Shown here piece after piece: positions 1-12,107 of a stretch of DNA of 27,904 nucleotides (position 1 is its first letter; each line of letters begins with the position of its first letter). Both the position numbers and the translations under genes were made by a program. The notes under the pieces are model-generated. The model was not told the origin of the DNA. It searched no databases and was given only the letters and a program-made list of their open reading frames with translations. The DNA comes from Vermamoeba vermiformis. Taxonomy: Eukaryota. The stretch lies in the NCBI GenBank assembly GCA_045837725.1, contig JBEWZL010000302.1, positions 496,001 through 523,904 of the forward strand, in the 5' to 3' direction.

Positions 1-2586
1 CAGTGGGATATGAACTGTGAATGTGGTTCCTTCGCCGAGTTTGCTAGCGACAGTGATGACACCGCCGTGCAGCTTAGTGAGTTCTTGAATGAGCGCAAGA
101 CCAATGCCTGAGCCTTCGAAGCTTCGGCCTTGTGAGGTTTCGACCCGATGGAATCTACGGAACATGTTGGGCAGTTCGTGTTCAGGAATGCCCACGCCCG
201 AGTCCTTGACGCTAAGTTCGACGTGATCGCCAACTTTCTTTAGCTCTACGCGGATGTGTCCTTTGAGTGTGAACTTGTAGGCGTTGGAAATCAAGTTCAT
301 GACAATCTTCTCCCACATCTCTGTATCGACGTAGACTAGTTCGTCTATAGCTTGAACTTCGACAATGTAATCTAATGAGGATTGCTCCATGACTGACGTG
401 AAGAGTTGACAAAGTTCACGTGTCAGCTTGGTAAGGTCTGTAGGGGTAAAGCAAATTTGAGCGCGTCCAGCTTCAATGCGCGAGAAGTCCAAGATAGTGT
501 TAACGAGCTTCAACAGCCGCAGTGCATTTCTTTGGATCAAGGTCTGGCGAGCTTTCTGACGCTCGTTGAGTGGATCGGTTTTGTCAGCAAGAGAATCGGC
601 CAAAGGTCCCAACATTAAGCTGAGGGGCGTGCGGAACTCGTGACTGACGTTCGTGAAGAACAAAGTCTTCGCGTGATCGATCTTAGCCAACTCTTCTGCG
701 CGTCTCTTCTGCTCTTCGTAAGATCTGACGGTGTCCAAAGCCTTGGCAATGTGACCAACGACCATGTCAAAGAATGATTTGTAGTCTGCGTTGTAAAGTT
801 GACGAGGACTAATGCCAGCGACAAATACACCGATAGGCTTCTCTTTTGCATCGGAAATGATCGGCAATACGATGGCCAGATCTGGTGACTCGGGCCAAAT
901 ACCTCCTGGAAGCCGACCGACTTTGTTGTTCAAATCGCTGACCTTGATGGAGTGCATGGCATTAATCACTGCCGAGAATGGCCACACGCAGTTGTTAGAC
1001 TCGATGTCAACTTTTTCTGGGCAAGCTGCGTGACCAGGTTCGATGCCTGTGTAAGACTGCAGAACCAACGTCTTCTCGTCGTCAAAGAGGTACATGAGCG
1101 TGAAGGGCAGGTCAGCAGGGCACGTGTTCAGTGCTTTGGAGAGGGCCATGCAAACATCGCGCGTTGTGCCTGTCTTGTCGGTGGCACTAACTTCACGTAG
1201 CAGGTCCATTCTGCGAGTATTAAGCACTTTCTTGGTAGTTTCGAATGTCACGTTGATTACACCAACCACTTTCATTTCCTCGTCGAAGATTGGAGAAAGT
1301 GAAAATGTAAAGTAGACTTCCTCAGCAAATCCATTGCGTTCCATAACGAGCATCAAATCTTGTTGCAAGTTAGAGCTTTCGCCTTGTAGAGCTCCTTCGA
1401 GCATTGGCATAATTGAGCCCTTGATATCTCCCCAGATCTCCAGACCCTTCTTGCCCATAGCAGGATGTTTGTCGCCAAGATAAGGACGATAAGCGTCGTT
1501 ATATAACAGATAAAGATCTTTGCCCCACCAAATACTCATCGGAAATTCGTTCTTCAAGCAGATGTTGACCGTGATGACAAGACTTCGAGGCCAGGAGGTA
1601 ATAGGACCCAAGCCGGACTTGCTCCAGTCAACTCCGAGCATGTATTTGCCCATTTCACCTAATAAGTCAATTAGTGATGAGATTTCTAGATTTTTAGTCC
1701 GGATTTAATCCGTACCGCCAGATTCGATCAGCTCGAAAAAGTTTCGCGGAAGGTTAGTACCCGTTTTAACGACCGGTAAGATCGTATTGTTGACGCTCGA
1801 TGGTTCTTTGCTGGCTGCGGTGGCGGTCATTTCCTGATCGGGATTCGTCGCGCGTGGCAGTCGCAGTGTCACGGTGAATTTAGTTCCTTGGCCTTTACTG
1901 CTTTCCACCGATATTTTGCCACCCATAAGCTCTACGAGACCTTTGCAAATAATAAGTCCGAGCCCAAATCCTCCGAATTGTGTTGCGATGGAATTGTTCG
2001 CCTGTGCAAATCTTTGAAAGAGTCGCTTTTGTTCCTCTTCCGTCATTCCAATGCCAGTGTCTAAGACGTAAAATAACAGCTCGTATTCATCTGTGGTAGT
2101 GTCCAGCGTGTATTTCAAGCCAACTGTGATCGTTCCTTCTGGTGTGAATTTGAGCGCGTTGCCAATCAAATTGATGGCGATCTGCTTTAATTGTGTTTCG
2201 TCCGCCTTCACGAATAGATGCTCTTCTGGAAACTCTATGACTATGCGTTGCTTGGGATTGAGGTTCGGTTTAAATATTCGAATAACGTCTTGAATTGTTT
2301 TGGTTGTGTCTACGACGGAGGGATGCAGATCGAGCTTCGCTTCTTCCAGTTTAGCTGTGGTAAGAAACTTGCTAGTGACTGACATTTGATGCTTCACGCT
2401 AACGTCTATGCCATTGAGGTAATCGTCAAGCTCGCTAAGAGTCTCTGCATCTATTTTCGACCGCAACGAATTCAAAGCATTTCTTAGTTGCTCTAAATTG
2501 CCAAATATTCCTTGCAAAGGACTTTGTAGTTCATGACAAATATTCGTCATGTAGTTCCGGAGGTCTGTGCCCTGTGCTTGATCCAT
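1..2586 (-). CDS. Sensor histidine kinase with two kinase modules (HisKA-HATPase, PAS, GAF-like, HisKA-HATPase); 3' end lies outside the window
   Basis: Exon 2586-1716 has H-box NICHELQSPL, N-box NLIGNALKF, DTGIG and GGFGLGL. A 57-nt GT-AG intron (1715-1659) joins it in frame to an exon open from 1658 to 1, reading GEMGKYMLGVDWSKSGLGPITSWPRSL...MSIWWG...YNDAY (bacterial-type PAS-associated segment), later FFTNVSHEFRTPL, NLISNAYKF, DSGVG, GSGIGL. The true start is uncertain (possible upstream intron 2838-2613). Confidence 0.9.
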
Positions 2587-3332
2587 TCTGTCAGGCCACT
2601 GCTAACCTCACTTTCTGTTGATAAATTATGTCAATAGGTATACGAATTAAATTTAACTTGATGTAAAAATAATTAGCTTTAGGGAGAAGGTTTGAGCTAA
2701 CTAACTCCAAATCCATTTCGCACAAAATATAAAATTCAGTTTTGCAACGCGATAAATTGTAAACCTTCCTCTACTACTACAATTTTCAATAAACGCATTT
2801 TGTTATTAAGAGAATATAAAATAATCGAATAACATTTACCTATTGCCTCGGACTTGAGGTGTTGCACGGGAAGTTGTAGTAAAATCATGCGGGATACTTG
2901 GCAAAGCTCGAATTTGCTCACGAAATTCCAAACTGAATCAAGTTTACGCATGTCGTTCCGCACCAAGGTTTGGGTTGGATGTGGCGGTCTGGCCCGAACG
3001 TAGAAGCATCCATGTTGGCTCGTATAGAAGCGTAATAGGCCATAGATACATTGTGTTCGATGGTATTGCGACCTCGTTAATTCCTTTTGAAGCGATGTGA
3101 TTGACAAATATTTTCTAAACTCCGGAAAATTCGCTCAAATCTCCTAAATGCCCCGAACTCTTCCCGATGTGGCATTACCACGGTAAATCGTTATCACGTA
3201 TCTTATTGTTGCATTACATAAAGCGAACGTTTGTTAATTAATTTCAGTTTAATGTTACAATTTAGTTCGCATATTTACATGGCAGCTGTTATTTACATTC
3301 GTTATTTCGAGGCCCGTGTTAAACAAAAAGCG

Positions 3333-4558
3333 CTAATTCTCGAGTTCGTTGTTGTGTGAAACGCGGGATGACATCACTGTTCGCCGCAAAGCGAGGTACG
3401 GTGTTTTTGTGGTTCCAAACACAGCCATGTGCACGATCCCAGTTGTGTTCGTAAAAATCGTGAAGAAGGCAACGCCAACTGCATCGAGTTCTGTCTTGCC
3501 TTCAGAGATTTGCACCATGCGCAATATGTCTCTAGTAATGTTGATAATACCGTAACAAAACAAAAATATTATCATTCGCTTCGCTGTGCTAAAGATTGAC
3601 TTCCTCCACGACGAATTCTCCGCCTTTCCACCCGCCTTTTTCCACGACTTAATCAGAATAAGCAAGCAGGGATTACGAAGTCTATGAGCTTACCTTGACT
3701 AGCCTATCAATGAGCAGTGCAAAAAAAACCTCCGCAGCAACGACGAGAATAAGCGAAGGGATCCAGAATGCGTAAAGAGCCACGTTCTTTGTCGTGAACG
3801 CTACGCTGCACCTGTTGAAGAAAACAAAAAATTTTAATTGACCTGGTCGCCAGCCTTTAATTAAGCTTAGAAATGCAACGTACCATAGCTCTCGACCACT
3901 ATAAAGGTCCAATACTAAAAATGTAATTGCTGGCGCGAGTGGTACACCCCAAGCAGCAAAGATCATGGCAGCTTCGGCAAGTTTTGGTCGTTTTAGCATT
4001 TGCGAGCGGCCAATAATAACAAATAAGTCGATACTTAAAATAAGTACCCAGATATTCCAACTTATGTAACCGTAGTAGACAAAAAAACCTAATATTCTAA
4101 TATTAATATTTAAAAAAAATGCCACGCTCTAATTACCTACTTACCTTGTATTCTGCATGCGGTAGATTCCGGATTGTCAAAAGGCCGGTCAGCTGCTTGA
4201 GGACAATTAAAATTTGTTTTGCAATCCCGAGATGGCGAAAAATTTAATACCATAAATATTAAAATACGAGTCAATAATTTTTATTCTTATTTAATCAGTC
4301 TATTTGTGATCACAATAACTAATTTTCAACCAAAGCTATGTTTGCAAAAATTTACTTACCTAAAGAGTTGATTACGATGCCAACATTTGTCAATAAGCAG
4401 GATCCAATCGAATATAAGAATACTCTCGAAGGAAACTTTCGGTTGCCTGCGTCACAGCTATAAGCAATCAGGAGGAAGAGATTGCAAACCAGGGAAATCC
4501 AAGCCAAGACATCTGTAAGTATTAACAAAGCCGAGGTCGTCTCAGCATCCATAACCAT
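3333..4558 (-). CDS. 7TM GPCR, Dictyostelium cAMP-receptor-like (CAR/Crl) or Fsl-like
   Basis: Five exons spliced by eye give about seven hydrophobic segments, RKFPSR after TM1, CRIQGFFVYY at TM3, W-GVP in TM4, WC in ECL2 and GIVHMAVFG in TM7. Introns have canonical GTAAG/GTACG donors. Confidence 0.8.
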
Positions 4559-4725
4559 CGAATTGTTGCTGTCATGCAAGCATTTAAAACGGTTATCTCT
4601 CCGAAGAACCGACAGAAACTATCTAAAGCAAATCCAAGGGAGTTTTCTAGATAGAAAGAAAATTTGTTTTTGCCAACGCAACACAGATAACTTTCGATAA
4701 ATCGATTGGGCACCACTTCGCGGAC

Positions 4726-7143
4726 ATGGCCGAGCTAGAATCAAAGACCCGCGACGAGCTGATCGAGGAGATCCGCAAGTTGCGGACGCAGGTCATTACG
4801 CCTCGTGAGCGTAATGCAACAATAAGCTATGACAATATGTTTCAATTTGTTGGACTTATGGACCCTCAAGGCAATTTACTCCAAGTGAATCCAGCAGCTC
4901 TAAAAATTAGCGGAGGTAATTTAGACCGAGTATACCCGATAATCTCTGATCTTGTATTCTTTTTGCTTTATGAAATCAAATATGAAAATTTTCTTACCCA
5001 ATTAACCTCAATACTGATTTTTACGTCATACTATAGTCCAATTAGAAGATATTATTGGCGTTCCCGCTTGGGATTCACCTTGGTGGCGAAACATGAGCGC
5101 GGATACACGCATGACGTTGAAGCACTACGTACAAGTAGCGTATAAAGAGAAGAGACTCGTGCGATATGAAGTGGAGATTGAAGCGCCTGGCGATCAAAAG
5201 CTGATTTATATCGATTTTTCCATCAGTCCTGTGTTTGGTACGTGTTTTTTTGACCGATTTCCCGATGCTATATATTATTCACGTCTTATTTGGCTTATGC
5301 CAATGTTAATTAACTATTGCCAATACTACGTGACACGGAAAGTGAATCAAAGTTAATAAGTCTGATCCAATCCACAGATGATGACGGAAATATCAAATGT
5401 TTCATCACCGAAGGTCGAGATATTACCGAAAGAAAACATGCAGAAGATGAAATCAGACGTAAGAACGAAGAATTAAATATGGTAAGAACGATTTCAATCT
5501 ACGACCAAATTAGAATTACATTGCAATTTCATAATTAACGCACAATTACAGCACAAATCAAGTTGCGTAATAATAATTAACTCTAACGACCCTCTATTAG
5601 TTGAACCAAAAGATTCAAGAGCTCGACAAACAAAAATCGATTTTTTTGGCAAATGTCAGTCACGAACTTAAAACTCCTTTGGCGCTCATCCTCGGGCCCG
5701 CTGAAAAGATCCTACGTCAAGATCCATTGATTACTGCAGATGTAAGAGCTGCCATGGAAAGCATTTTGGCAAACGGCAATATCCTGCTTAAGGTAATAAT
5801 CAAATTTTACAAAATTTCTTCGACCAAATTACTTAATTTACTCCGTCTTTTCGAAGCACGTGAACGACCTCTTGGACTTGTCAAAACTCGAAGCAAAAAA
5901 AGCTCTATGTGATTACATCGAAGTCAGAGATTTTTCAAACTATTTGAAAAGACTGAGTTCAAATTTCGAAGTCCTCGCAGTAGACCGCGGGATCCACTAT
6001 GACGTTATCGAAGGAAATGGATTCAAAGTGCATTGCGACGTCGATAAGATGGAAAAGGTTTTCTTAAATCTGCTGTCAAATGCATTCAAATTCACGCCCA
6101 GCAACGGACACATTGTCGTTGAAGTAACACACGAAGAACCCTGTTCACAGAAGCCACGTGGCTTAGTCCGGATCTCGGTGAGAGACTCAGGCCCAGGAGT
6201 TCCCGAAAAACTACAAACAAAAATCTTCGAGCGATTCCAGCAAGGTGACGAAGGTAAGTTTAAAGTTTTTCTGTTTGCAAAGCTAAGTTATTGCTGAACA
6301 GGACTTGCACGTAAATACGGTGGCACGGGCTTAGGCTTAGCAATTGCCAAAGACTTCATTGAGCTTCATCAAGGAACGATCTCTGTTGGATCCTCTTCTT
6401 TGGGCGGTGCCGAATTCATCGTAGAATTTCCTCAATTCGCTCCCAGTGAAGTCAAAGTAACGCGCGACGACAGTGGTAAGCAATGTGAATACCCCCATGG
6501 GAGACTATCGTTAATTCAAGCTGAAATAGGTTCGGCTCTTGGCCTTCAAACTGTTCTCGATGTGAAAAGTCAACTTCCCATTCTCATCGAAAAAGCCGAG
6601 CTTGATGACCTTTCAATGGAGTCCACTAGCCCTTCCGGGGAAAGTTCAACTACCCACGTGACTACCAACGAGAAGGATGTGATCTTGATTGTCGAGGACA
6701 ACATTGCCATGAACACATTCATCAAAGAGGCGCTGGAAGATGAGTTTACAGTCATCACAGCGTTCAACGGAAAAGAGGGACTGAGATTGGCCGAAAAACA
6801 CTTGCCAGACTGTATTCTAACCGACATTATGATGCCGCTCATGTCAGGCGACCAACTTGTTCGCGAAGTGCGCAAAAATCCAGCGATGGACAAAATACCA
6901 ATTATTTTATTAACTGCCAAGGCTGACGACGACGTTAAAGTTCAATTACTACGCAATGGAGCTCAGGATTACATTAACAAACCGTTCAACGTCGAAGATG
7001 TTAAAGCAAGAATATCGAATATGATCACTATTAAGAAAACTTGGCAATCATTAACGAGCACACTCAACGCACAAACAAAGAGTCTCAACGAGTTGATCGA
7101 TGATATTAAGATCTTGTTTAGTCACGACCCCGCTTGTAAATAA
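4726..7143 (+). CDS. Hybrid histidine kinase PAS-HisKA-HATPase-REC
   Basis: Spliced exons give a PAS segment ([13 protein letters not shown]...[12 protein letters not shown]...EGRDITERK), H-box [34 protein letters not shown] and a receiver ([21 protein letters not shown]). Stop TAA at 7141-7143. Confidence 0.93.
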
Positions 7144-7164
7144 ATGTACGTATCTTTGTCGATT

Positions 7165-10100
7165 CTACTGTTTGATCACTAATGGACCAGCAGCAGTCAC
7201 AGGGGTGGTTTGAACGACGTTTTGCTCGATGGCTTTGAACGACTGCAATGTGATATTCAACGAGGCGTAGATCTCTTCGAGCTTGTCTTGAACCAAGAAC
7301 GACTTGGGCGAGTTGGACACGGCGTAATCACTGATTGAGTTCTCCAGAATATTCTTCTCACGGTCGTCTGGGATCAAAGAAGGACGCTCTTGCTCGATCT
7401 GCACGCCCATGCCTGACTGACCCTTGAGTGGTGGCGGGGCTTTCTTGATGGGAACATTGCCTTTAGCGCAGACTGCGTTGAAGTCCCTGAAGTTGTCTAG
7501 CAAGAACTTGACGGCGTCGGTGATCTGTTCGAGTCTCTCTTTGATAATCTCGAAGGCCACGTGGCGGAATGGCATGTAGTTGCTGCTCTTCAAAACCTCA
7601 AAGCTTGGACCAGCATTGTTCAGACCGTACTTGTCAGCTGAGAGAAAAGGTTAGAACTATAATGTCACTCTATGAATGAAGCATACCAGGCAAAATCGTG
7701 AGAAGGTTGGCTAACGGAGTCAGAATGCTCTTCATGAGAGGCGAGAACAACTTGTACAAAGTGGTCGTGTCGGCGCTGGTGTTGTCGGAGCTGCCAAAGA
7801 ATCGGTAAAGTACCAACAACATAGTCTCGTAGACAGCGTTGAAGATAACCATTGTGTAGAAGGTCAAAGGCACCTCATCCTTTCGGATCAAGTTGACTTG
7901 GCTCTGCTCGCCCAGGTTATCTTCGTGCACGCGAGTAGCAGGGTTGTTGAGTACTGGACGAACAGCTTGCTCGTACCAGTCCCTGTCTTCGTGCGAGATC
8001 TCACGTAGAATGTGCATGAACTTGCCAAAGTGCGAGTCCTTGCGAGGAATGAGCAGGCCATTCTCGACAACGCATTCAGGTCCTCCTTCACCTTGCTCGA
8101 TGATCAAGTCAATTGCATTGATGGCATCTTTGGCAGTGCGGATAGGACCGAGATGACCGAATTGTGGCGCTTGTTGTTCCTTGAAGAAGCCGTAAACTTG
8201 TGCGGATTGCGGACCCAAGAACAAGTTGGGAATGGCATCAGTTTCGAACACCTTGCGCAACTGCTCGTACAAGGTGCTGATCGTTGGGTAAGGTTGAGTG
8301 GTGGCGAAGAGTTGGTTCAAATCAACACTGATCACCGAGTTAGATAACTTCGACTTTAGCTTTGAACTTACTGTTTGCGGTAGTCTTGCACACCACGCAA
8401 CAAGAACGACTTGTTCTGGTCTTGCTGAGTGAACTTTCGGTATGCCATAAGCCACTCTTGACGTTGTTGAGGGTTCAAGTCGATCCACTCCTTATGAGGC
8501 ACGAGTGCTCTCACCTCAGGGTCACGAACGGCAAGCATCCAAGCCTCACGCATCTGATCCTCGACAACAGGATCTTGGGACTTTTGTGCTTGCTGTTGAG
8601 ACTTGCCAGACTGTGGCTTGTTGCTCTCCTTGTTGGCTGACTTCTTGCGAGTAGAGTTGGACAAAGAGCTCTTGCTGTTGTTGTTCTTGAACTCGATCTC
8701 CTCGCTGCCGTCGTCGTTGCGGACACTGCTGATCAAGGTTGACTTGACCTCAGTTGCTTGGGCCTTTTGGTTGTTCGCTTGACGTTGCTTGAATTGATTG
8801 ATCAACTGTTGCTTCACGGCATCGTATTTCTTGGACATTTGGAACAACCAATCAGCAACGATTGCCTCGTAAGGTTGTTCGAACTTGGCGAATCTAAGTA
8901 GAGAATTAACGATGACTACTCTTAAAAGACCTAAGTACTACCTTCGCACGGTGTCAATGGAGAACTTGGTAAGCTTGAATTGAATACCAGGCGAGAAGTA
9001 GTTCTTGTTCTGCGGGAAGTTGATGTCGAAGAAGTGAGGAGCTCCACCAACAGCATTGACGAGGTTCATCACGTAGCCCAAGTGCAACATCTCTTGCTTG
9101 GCGACTTCAATGATGGTGTCTCGCCACTTGGCTACTTTTTCGACTCGCTCTTTGGGCCATCCCACTGGTGCAAGCATTAGAACCATCTCGCAATAGAATA
9201 TCACTTACTCATTTCTTCAGGTTGCTTCAAGGACCAAGCACCAAACAAGTATTGCAACATCAAGCCTTGCTCTTGGTCGGCAGCGATAGTCAATGCGTAG
9301 AGCAATTGATCACGAGTCTTGATGGCGAAGCTAAACACCGTATTAGTACCGTCGAGTCGAGGACTTACAACACTTACTGAGCATCGTAAGGGTGTGATTC
9401 AGGCTGTGGTACGGGCACAACAGGTGTGACAGGCGTGACATCGGCACGGCTGGCCAAGATATAGTCCGTCAAGATTCTGCGCTTGGCTGAGCTCATCTCA
9501 CGAGTGACAGGCATGAACCACGTCTTGTCGAAGTTGACCTTGTTGATCATCTCGGCAATCATAAAGCCCTTAGTCTTGACTTCGTTGGGGTCAATCAAAC
9601 TGAAGCGGGTTGCCATCGTAGGATAGAGCAAGTAGTAGTAGCGCAGAACATTCTTTTTGACGAAGTCCCAGCTAAGTCTTTCCTCCAAGGGAGCCTACAT
9701 GGCGTTAGTACTAGAAGAAACTGCTTATGTAATACTTACTCGCAACAAGTGTGCGTCGTTGGGCAGAACACGAACACCAACCCAGAACACATCGTCCCAC
9801 TGGTCTCGAGTGACAAAGCCTCCGTCTTTAGGCAGCTCGCTCACAAACAACAGCTGAGCAGCACCTGAGAAAGTACCTTGAATCGAGACAACGCCGACAC
9901 CCTTGGCATCAGTCGTGCATTGACCCACAATTCCTGGGCGGTAGCTCGGGCAGAACGGATCGAAGGTCACAATTTGTGGCTTTTCCACTGTTCCAACGGC
10001 GCTGCTGGCGACTTCAACAAAGTAAGTAAACGGAACGAATCGTACAATCACCAGCTTACACTGCAGGTCATTGTCAGGGAAGTTATCGGGATTGAAGTAC

Positions 10101-11930
10101 TGGAAGATGTAAACAGTCTGGTTAGCCCATGGCTTGCCTACGAAGAGTTAGTTTGTGTTAGTTTAATCGTGGAGGACTTACCAGCTTGGTACGCGTGGAA
10201 AGATAACTGAGTTGTCTCATGGTGGTCGAGATAGATGTCCACTTGGTCGCCGTTGAACGTGACAGGCTCTTCGGTCAGAAGCGTGACTGTCTTGCCGGCC
10301 TTGTCCTTGGCCAAAGCCACAAATGTGCCCTCGCGCACCTGTTGGACGGTTGCTTTGCCTCGGAATGGAATCTCAACGATTCCATTGCGAGCGTTGTAAT
10401 ATTCGGTACTGTAAGGGATGTCTCCGATGAAGATTTGTTTGTTGTCTTTTGTGTTAAGGTACAGCTTGAACTCGCCGAAGTTGAACTTGGGACCCAGAGT
10501 CGGGACTAAGCTTGCGTCGAGGTTCTCGTATTTGCTAGCGACAGCCCAGTACTTGCTGTCGTCACGATTGGCGAATGGAACAGTGGCCAGCATGTCCATA
10601 GTAAGGATTTGCCTGAAGCGAATGTTAGAACTGATTTACGTTCAATCAGTAAGACATACGTCTTCTCGTCGACTTTAATCCACGAGGGAGAAAGATGTTG
10701 AGGCTGCTTGTCAGTACCAGCGCCAGGAATGGGATCCTTGTAAGTCAGCAAGCGACCTGAATTTCGAGTTAGGTCGATTTTGCAAGTGTTCTCGTCTCAA
10801 TCAGCAGTACCTGCAGGAACGCCCATGGGCTCATATACAGGCGCGTCAGGCACATCGCGATAGTTCCAAAGTTCGATCGTTCCATAGACGCTGCCATAGG
10901 CAGGAGTAGGAGGACGATCCAAGTTCTTAAGAGTCAACCAAATAGTCGGGTGGATGGTGTTGAATAACATGTAGCGAACGGAAATACCATCAGCGCGACC
11001 TTTGTCAAGAGCCTCTTTCATTGCTTTGAGCACCGGCGATGATTTGACAGCATCGTGATCAAGAGCCAGTTTTTCTTTTCGGATCACGAACTTGAACGAA
11101 CCAGAACAGCCTAAGTATGGTTAGATGCGTTTCAAAATGCTTTAAAGTACCTTCATTCTGCGGAACAAATGGAGTAGCCGGATAATTGACGGTTGAAATT
11201 TGATTGAAATTGAATATTCTGTTGTGCGAGATGGAAGGATCTGATCCTACAAGAACAGGGACTTGACCTAAACAGTGTAAGCAGCGATGTAAAACTTAGG
11301 TTTGAATCTTACCCGATGAACCTCCCAGGCGTAATTCTCCGCTGAAGATCTGTGATGTGTAAATTCCAGACATATCCAGATCAACCATTTTGGGCTTGGT
11401 GCGATTTCCATGCAGGAGGTGACCGAGCAACTCCACGGACATGCCAACCATTTTAGAATCATGCGCGACATTGCCGTCAATCTCAACTAAAAATTGCAAC
11501 GGTTAAGGATCTTGATATCTTATACTTAAAATTAAACTATATAACATAATTTATTTGAGTAAACGCGGGCAACAAACGCGAACTGAACTTTTAGAGACTT
11601 AAACGGTTTGAAGCAAATCCGGATTAACGGATCGTCCGACCAGAAACTAGCCTTACCTGACGTTACTTTAGTATCTTCCCACCAAAAGGAGTTCGATCCA
11701 TTAAGATTCCAATACCCAGCATTGCCAGGATTGTTAACGGAATCCGAGACCCACTTTTTGAACTCCTCATCCGTGTAGTTTGCTTGCAATGAACCGTCGG
11801 GATTCTTAATATACAATGCAAGGGTGCCAACGTCAATATTCTGACCGTGGTCATTATTGGAGGTTGGCACATCTGCGACGTATTTTCCTTTAAAATGAAT
11901 TCGCGGATTCGTCCAGCAATTCGAGGCCAT
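7165..11930 (-). CDS. vioB: VioB-like protein (iminophenyl-pyruvate dimer synthase / RebD-StaD family) with C-terminal ferritin-like domain; multi-exon
   Basis: Collinear matches to VioB as remembered: PRIHFKG..ADVPTSNND (VioB PRIHFRG..VNAPTANRD), TLGPKFNFG (DLGAKLPLG), NGIVEIP (HGIVDLP), VRVLPND (LRVLPDD), VLRYYYLLYPTM (VMAYYELVYPFM), FMPVTREMS (YMPSTRELS), LMLQYLFGAWS (VMLQYLYAAYS), QEMLH (EEMIH), EQGEGG, SHF. ATG at 11930, stop at 7165-7167, canonical introns. Confidence 0.88.
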
Positions 11931-12107
11931 TGTCGACAGTATTGTATAACACAATAAAATAATATCAATTGTGTTAACGTGTTTCTGAACACGCCGTTGA
12001 CAAACAAACGTGAGATATTTTTGTCTTCAAAGTTTTCCCGCTTCAAAAAAACGGTAATATTTTGTTACTGCCCTACAAACGTAACACCATAATACAAGTT
12101 ATTATAC

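Noticed and set aside
2736-3107. 123-aa ORF or extra N-terminal coding exon of the kinase
   Set aside because: Non-ATG start and runs into an intron-like AT-rich tract; an in-frame link to the kinase would need a 15-nt intron, far shorter than any other here. Probably 5' UTR/uORF.
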